Assembly (NCBI GenBank): GCA_913047775.1
Contig: CAJWUE010000001.1
Location: forward strand, 15,390-79,389
Source: an uncultured Rhodobiaceae bacterium
GTDB taxonomy: Bacteria > Pseudomonadota > Alphaproteobacteria > MED-G09
Direction: 5' to 3'
Length of the DNA stretch: 64,000 nt
A program made the translations under genes and the position numbers. The notes beneath the pieces are model-generated. The model was not told where the DNA came from. It saw nothing but the letters and a program-made list of their open reading frames with translations, and did no database searches. Positions 59,496-64,000 of this stretch are shown piece by piece; the first letter of the stretch is position 1, and every line of letters begins with the position of its first letter.

Positions 59496-60428
59496 CTATA
59501 GATTATCTAATAGAAAAATAACTGCGTCTTCCATACTTTTTTCTCGAGTATCCCAATTGACGCCAAGATGTGCACCTTTAATATTTTTTGATTCTTGAAA
59601 AAGCGATATTCTTTCGTTTGGTTCATTTAATAAAAAACGTTTTCCTTCGCTATTTTCAAAATACAAATTCCCTTCCTTATCTATAAAAGAATGTCTTTCC
59701 CCAGCAGTTATGGCGTTTGCAACATAATTAATTGGTTCTATCGAATCAAAGGCATGGTGACTATCGGGATAATAGATTACGTTTATATTTCCTGAATTTT
59801 CATTTATTGCTTTTGAAAGCTTTCTAATCAGTATTGGTGGAGTGTAATCGTCTATTTCACCGGTTAACGTTAATATTGGCGCATTGCTCCATGACATCTC
59901 TTCCGTCCAAATATGTGCTGCTGGATAAAAGGCCAAATGGGATTTAAATCTTTCTCCATTAGGAGCTAATTTTGCTGCTAGGGGCTCCCAAGCGGAATAT
60001 AGTGCTGTACTGCCTCCTAGACTCCACCCAGAAATCGCAATACGTTTCGGGTCTATTTTAGGATGACTATTTAATAAAATTAGAGCGTTATAAGCATCCG
60101 AAATCATTGTAGCTAAAGTTACTTGCATTTGATCCTCGACAACCGAGCTCACATTTCTTGCTTCAAAACTATGTACTCTAAAGACTGCTATACCTGCATT
60201 GAGAAAATTAACGATATGTTCGTGGTGATGACCTCGCCACCCCATACTCCCGTGAAAACATATAACCAAAGGATAAACATCTTTTTCTTCACGAGGAAAA
60301 AGAAGAGAGCCAAACATATCTTGCTGATCAATTTCTTTAGATTGCAATATATGAAAAAATTCAAAAGGATTTGAAGATTGATAAAATAATATCCCTGTAT
60401 CTTCCTTTTTTAAAATTCTCTGTTCCAT
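59496..60428 (-). CDS. Alpha/beta-hydrolase fold protein
   Basis: Nucleophile elbow 'GWSLGG' and a C-terminal His region. Confidence 0.6.
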   Translation of the reverse strand: MEQRILKKEDTGILFYQSSNPFEFFHILQSKEIDQQDMFGSLLFPREEKDVYPLVICFHGSMGWRGHHHEHIVNFLNAGIAVFRVHSFEARNVSSVVEDQMQVTLATMISDAYNALILLNSHPKIDPKRIAISGWSLGGSTALYSAWEPLAAKLAPNGERFKSHLAFYPAAHIWTEEMSWSNAPILTLTGEIDDYTPPILIRKLSKAINENSGNINVIYYPDSHHAFDSIEPINYVANAITAGERHSFIDKEGNLYFENSEGKRFLLNEPNERISLFQESKNIKGAHLGVNWDTREKSMEDAVIFLLDNL

Positions 60429-60451
60429 CTTTTATAATCTTAAACAAATAA

Positions 60452-60472
60452 AGGCCTCTTTAAAAGAGGCCT
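60452..60472 (-). terminator. Rho-independent terminator hairpin downstream of the TonB-dependent receptor gene
   Basis: 'AGGCCTCTTT-AAAAGAGGCCT' perfect 9-10 bp stem followed on the minus strand by TTATTTGTTT. Confidence 0.45.
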
Positions 60473-60520
60473 AAATTATAATTTTATATTTCAGGAATTA
60501 TTTTCCAAGCAGTACAGTGT

Positions 60521-62671
60521 TTAGAAGTTATAAGTTACACTAGCTGAAAGCATTCTTGGGTGTCCGTGTGTTCCAATAATATAAAACGGATCAGTCATAT
60601 TGTTAACACCATCCAAAGCTCCGCCTGCTCCCAGATTTACCCAATTTTCTAAATCAGTATAATACTGCTCATCTGTAAGGTTTTCTCCGTGAATCATAAA
60701 CTCCCAGTTACCCAATCTAATGCCTGTTGTTAGATTTATTGTATCATAACTAGGATTATCTATAGCACCGTGAGGTGGCATGCTTGTACTAGGACCGCGT
60801 CTATTATACTGAAAGTCTGCAACAAATTCCATTCCATTATCAAGTGGCTTAGCATAATTTGCGGCTAGAGCAATTCCATTGTCAATTGAGCCTGAAGGTG
60901 TTGTTCCGCCTACATCTACTCCTGAAACCATTGTACCGCTGTCCCACTCCGCATCAAGTGTACCGAAGGCTGCTGCTAATGTAAGAAATTCGGTAGCTTG
61001 ATAGGCAAGTTCTAATTCAAAACCGATATTTTCTGAATTTCCAGAATTATCGATTGACTCAAAAGGACCAGTTGCTGACTGAACAATAGTTGTGAAAAGT
61101 CGATCTTCGTAATCAATCATGAAGGCGGCCATAGAGAAATGTCCTCTTCCCTCCATAAATGTTCCTTTCCAACCAATTTCAGTTTGAATAGCCTCTTCTT
61201 TATTGAATGAAGATAAAGACGGTTTACCTTGATCGTCAAATATTACTGGCTCATGCCTTAGTCCACCTGGTTCATAACCTTTGGCAACAGTTAAATAGAC
61301 CATTGAATCATTCTCTAAAGATCTTGAAATTGAAAGTCTTGGAAGAACTTCTGTTCCATCAACTTTGTTAACGTGCGCTAATCCACTTTCTGTGACATTA
61401 GCAGGTACAATTTTTTCTCTTTCCCATGAGTCAACTCTTAACCCAAAACCAATTTCCCATGGGCCAGTAGTATAAGTAAGGTTTCCGAAAGCCGCGAGAT
61501 GCGAAGTTTCAGTATTATCTTGTTTAGCCGGCACTGTAAGGTCACAAAAACAAATAAATGTGCCTGGACCAAATCTAGTTGTTGCTCTTTCAACCCATTC
61601 CATATTAGAGGTATAGAAACCGGCTTGCCATTGCAAATTGCTATCAGTAGTAGATGTTAAGCGAATTTCTTGAGTAGTAGTTTCAAATGTTTCATCTTGT
61701 CGAGCGTCAAGCCACAATTCTGGTTGAAGGTCAACATCTGTTAATCGTTTAGCTTCTGTGTCTGTATAAGAAGTAATTGAAGTTACATCATATCCATCTA
61801 ATTCCCAAACAAGTTCAAGATGAGCGCCAAATGTTTCCTTATCATTATTAGATTTTGTGTCGATATCATTGATAAAAGGATATTCAAAATTAGGCGGAGT
61901 TCCTCTCTCCATAGCCCAGTTATTATTAGGCCCATCATATTGATTAGATCTTATAGATGCATAAAGTGACAAATTATCAGATATAGGTCCAGCAACTGAA
62001 AGCCGACCTCCGCTTTCTTCATATCCAGCAATACTTTCATCATCTTTAGTTGGATTGTACATAAATCCGTCATCTTCTCTTGTAAATGCAAAGAGACGTG
62101 CTGCCCAACCATCGCCAAATGGAACATTAATTGAACCTTCAACATCTCTTGAGCTTTGTTCACCTACCATTATTTTCAAATTACCGCTTACAGAATCTGG
62201 AGACGGTCTAGTACTAATAAACTTAATAGCACCACCAATATTGCTTCCTCCATATAAAACGCCTTGTGGACCCTTTAATATTTCTATTCTATCCAGATCA
62301 CCAAACCTGGAGGAGGCATCACCAAAAAGCTGAACATCATCAAGATAAAAACCTACACCCTGAGTAAGACTAAACGCACCCATACCTCTCATAGTAACAT
62401 TCGGCCATCCGTCCGTTCTTGTGTTTAGATTGAAATTAGGAACTGTCATGCCAATTTTATCAAGAGTTTTCATATTATGTTGGGATATAGTTTCACCTGA
62501 TATCGCAACAACGGTTTCCGGAATATCTAAAAGACTCTCTTCCCTTTTCCTTGCAGTAACAACAATCTCTTCGATTGTTACTACAGATGCTCCTTGCGTT
62601 GCATCAGTTTGAGCATAAGACTCAATATTCATTAATGAAAAAAACAAAAATACAATAATTAATAACTTCAT
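60521..62671 (-). CDS. TonB-dependent outer-membrane receptor
   Basis: Signal peptide, TonB-box/plug region 'TVVTARKREESLLDIPETV', and beta-barrel with C-terminal 'YNF'. Confidence 0.8.
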   Translation of the reverse strand: MKLLIIVFLFFSLMNIESYAQTDATQGASVVTIEEIVVTARKREESLLDIPETVVAISGETISQHNMKTLDKIGMTVPNFNLNTRTDGWPNVTMRGMGAFSLTQGVGFYLDDVQLFGDASSRFGDLDRIEILKGPQGVLYGGSNIGGAIKFISTRPSPDSVSGNLKIMVGEQSSRDVEGSINVPFGDGWAARLFAFTREDDGFMYNPTKDDESIAGYEESGGRLSVAGPISDNLSLYASIRSNQYDGPNNNWAMERGTPPNFEYPFINDIDTKSNNDKETFGAHLELVWELDGYDVTSITSYTDTEAKRLTDVDLQPELWLDARQDETFETTTQEIRLTSTTDSNLQWQAGFYTSNMEWVERATTRFGPGTFICFCDLTVPAKQDNTETSHLAAFGNLTYTTGPWEIGFGLRVDSWEREKIVPANVTESGLAHVNKVDGTEVLPRLSISRSLENDSMVYLTVAKGYEPGGLRHEPVIFDDQGKPSLSSFNKEEAIQTEIGWKGTFMEGRGHFSMAAFMIDYEDRLFTTIVQSATGPFESIDNSGNSENIGFELELAYQATEFLTLAAAFGTLDAEWDSGTMVSGVDVGGTTPSGSIDNGIALAANYAKPLDNGMEFVADFQYNRRGPSTSMPPHGAIDNPSYDTINLTTGIRLGNWEFMIHGENLTDEQYYTDLENWVNLGAGGALDGVNNMTDPFYIIGTHGHPRMLSASVTYNF

Positions 62672-62859
62672 TAAAAATTCTCCAAAAAAATATTTGATAA
62701 TTATTAATTATTGTAAACTATTTTTTTTAAATTGTTCAAGAAATTAATAAGGAAAAGTTATCAAGCTTCCCATACAACCTGTACATCCTGCCAAATTACC
62801 AGAGCAATTGTATTTCCCTCGTCATCAATAAAATCTACAGCATGAATATAGATTATCTC

Positions 62860-64000
62860 TTATTCATTCTCAATTCCCAATTCCTCCAAAGCTTCATCAT
62901 GAGAGGATTTGGATATTTTATAGAAGAACATGCATGATATGGATGCAAGAGATAAAAGTGGGCTTAATATGGCTTGAAATGTGGCCAAACGATAGATTGG
63001 TTGTTGCATTTCCAACACCGAAGGATTTTTAACGTCAAACCCAGAAAATTCTAATAAGAAACCAACAACAACCACTCCCAAACCGCTTATAACTTTTTGG
63101 ATAAATCCATTGGCCGATAAGTACAATCCTTCGTCCCTCCTCCCTGTGGACCTCTGCCCATCTTCAACGACGTCAAATATCATGGATATTACCAATATCC
63201 AGCCTGTTGTTCTTAAAAAATAACTTAAGGATAGAAAAGAAATAATTGTCCACCACAGCGCATCAGTGCCATTTTCTGGTAGTAATTGAATTGGTGTATA
63301 AGGATCTAATAATCGTAACCATAAAGGCATTGGCTCGATAATTAAATTGAAAAGGAACAAAACTATTGCTACATTTTTTTTACTCTTCCCTTTAGCCAAA
63401 GGTGCAGCACAAAATCCAGCTAAAATTACTGGGACAGCTATTATAATTGGGAAAAGTTTAATATTCTCAGGAGTCCACTGCCAAAAATAAATGTTTAAGT
63501 AATTATCTAGACCAGAAAATATTCCCACATTTAACGCCAGGATAATTCCTCCAATAAAAAGGACCAGCCAATTCTTGTTTGAAAGAGATTCGAATATTTC
63601 TTTCCAAAATCTGGAAAAACTAAAGGGTTTAGGTTCTGGTCTGACAAGATCAGGTATGTATTTATGTGTTGAGATAGCTGAAATAAAACCAAAAATAATA
63701 ATTAAAAAACATGCTAATAAACCAAATTTTGGGTAAGCATCAGGATTAAGAAATGCTCGGGGACCAGAAAAATCATCAGTCTCAACAAGAAAATATGCCA
63801 ACATTATATATGACATAATTCCTACCCCTAAATTGCCATATAAAACACCATAACCACTCAGAATATTTCTTCTTTCATAATCAGGAATAAGTTCTGGTCC
63901 AAGGGCTGCTCTTGGTGTTTCATAAAAAGTAAAGATTGTTCTGGTAAGAACAGCAATAACAAGCAATCTAATGAAAAGATATGCTTGTGAATTCTCAGCT
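62860..64000 (-). CDS. GPH/MFS-type sugar:cation symporter-like transporter; the reading frame is open to the window end, so the gene is 5'-truncated
   Basis: Polytopic membrane protein with 'PELIPDYERRNILSGYG' resembling the GPH-family loop motif. There is no in-frame stop between 63967 and 63999. Confidence 0.55.
   Translation of the reverse strand, partial: AENSQAYLFIRLLVIAVLTRTIFTFYETPRAALGPELIPDYERRNILSGYGVLYGNLGVGIMSYIMLAYFLVETDDFSGPRAFLNPDAYPKFGLLACFLIIIFGFISAISTHKYIPDLVRPEPKPFSFSRFWKEIFESLSNKNWLVLFIGGIILALNVGIFSGLDNYLNIYFWQWTPENIKLFPIIIAVPVILAGFCAAPLAKGKSKKNVAIVLFLFNLIIEPMPLWLRLLDPYTPIQLLPENGTDALWWTIISFLSLSYFLRTTGWILVISMIFDVVEDGQRSTGRRDEGLYLSANGFIQKVISGLGVVVVGFLLEFSGFDVKNPSVLEMQQPIYRLATFQAILSPLLSLASISCMFFYKISKSSHDEALEELGIENE

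Noticed and set aside
62672-62859. Possible cobalamin riboswitch in front of the TonB-dependent receptor (btuB-like context)
   Set aside because: There is no B12-box (GCCACTG) or matching GGGAA..GGTG..CC core on the minus strand. Only a generic GC-richer stretch is present.
1-64000. CRISPR arrays, IS elements/transposases, integrases, prophage genes, toxin-antitoxin pairs, or known defence-system genes
   Set aside because: I found no short direct-repeat/spacer arrays and no transposase, integrase, recombinase, nuclease-helicase or small paired ORFs. All large ORFs are accounted for by core or metabolic functions.

Overview
The window is a densely coding, AT-rich (about 30% GC by eye) stretch that looks like a streamlined alphaproteobacterial chromosome, consistent with the Pelagibacterales (SAR11) clade; that assignment is an inference. 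The first 25 kb is almost all core genes. It starts with the 3' end of uvrD, then pepP. The minus strand then carries ligA, bamD, lpxC and a complete division/cell-wall (dcw) cluster: ftsZ, ftsA, ftsQ, ddl, murB, murC, murG, ftsW, murD, mraY, murF, murE, ftsI, ftsL, rsmH, mraZ. Directly upstream of mraZ is an unannotated RNase P RNA gene (rnpB, minus strand, about 24692-25050), which the ORF track covers with a spurious 87-aa ORF. Between rnpB and mraZ are five TGG(G/A)N direct repeats at exact 10-bp spacing that resemble an MraZ operator. The rest of the window encodes metabolic and accessory functions. A plus-strand block carries an SDR, a phosphohexomutase and gloB. A tightly spaced six-gene minus-strand block runs hemH, unknown 364-aa protein, APH-like kinase, LysE exporter, MAPEG, and a Gfo/Idh/MocA-aldo/keto-reductase fusion. 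Further on are SDRs, a minimal MGMT-domain protein and a methyltransferase-like gene. A seven-gene minus-strand operon for leucine/isovalerate catabolism contains an acyl-CoA dehydrogenase, a 1138-aa indolepyruvate-ferredoxin-oxidoreductase-family protein, ivd, mccA, liuC, mccB and an AtuA-family gene. The window ends with an amidase, crotonase and amidohydrolase-2 operon, a GH13 alpha-glucosidase, an alpha/beta hydrolase, a TonB-dependent receptor with a terminator hairpin, and a 5'-truncated GPH/MFS transporter. I found no CRISPR array, tRNA, transposase, integrase or recognisable defence or toxin-antitoxin module. The most unusual items are the oxidoreductase fusion inside the hemH-kinase-exporter operon, the IOR-family enzyme embedded in the liu operon, and the rnpB/MraZ-box region.
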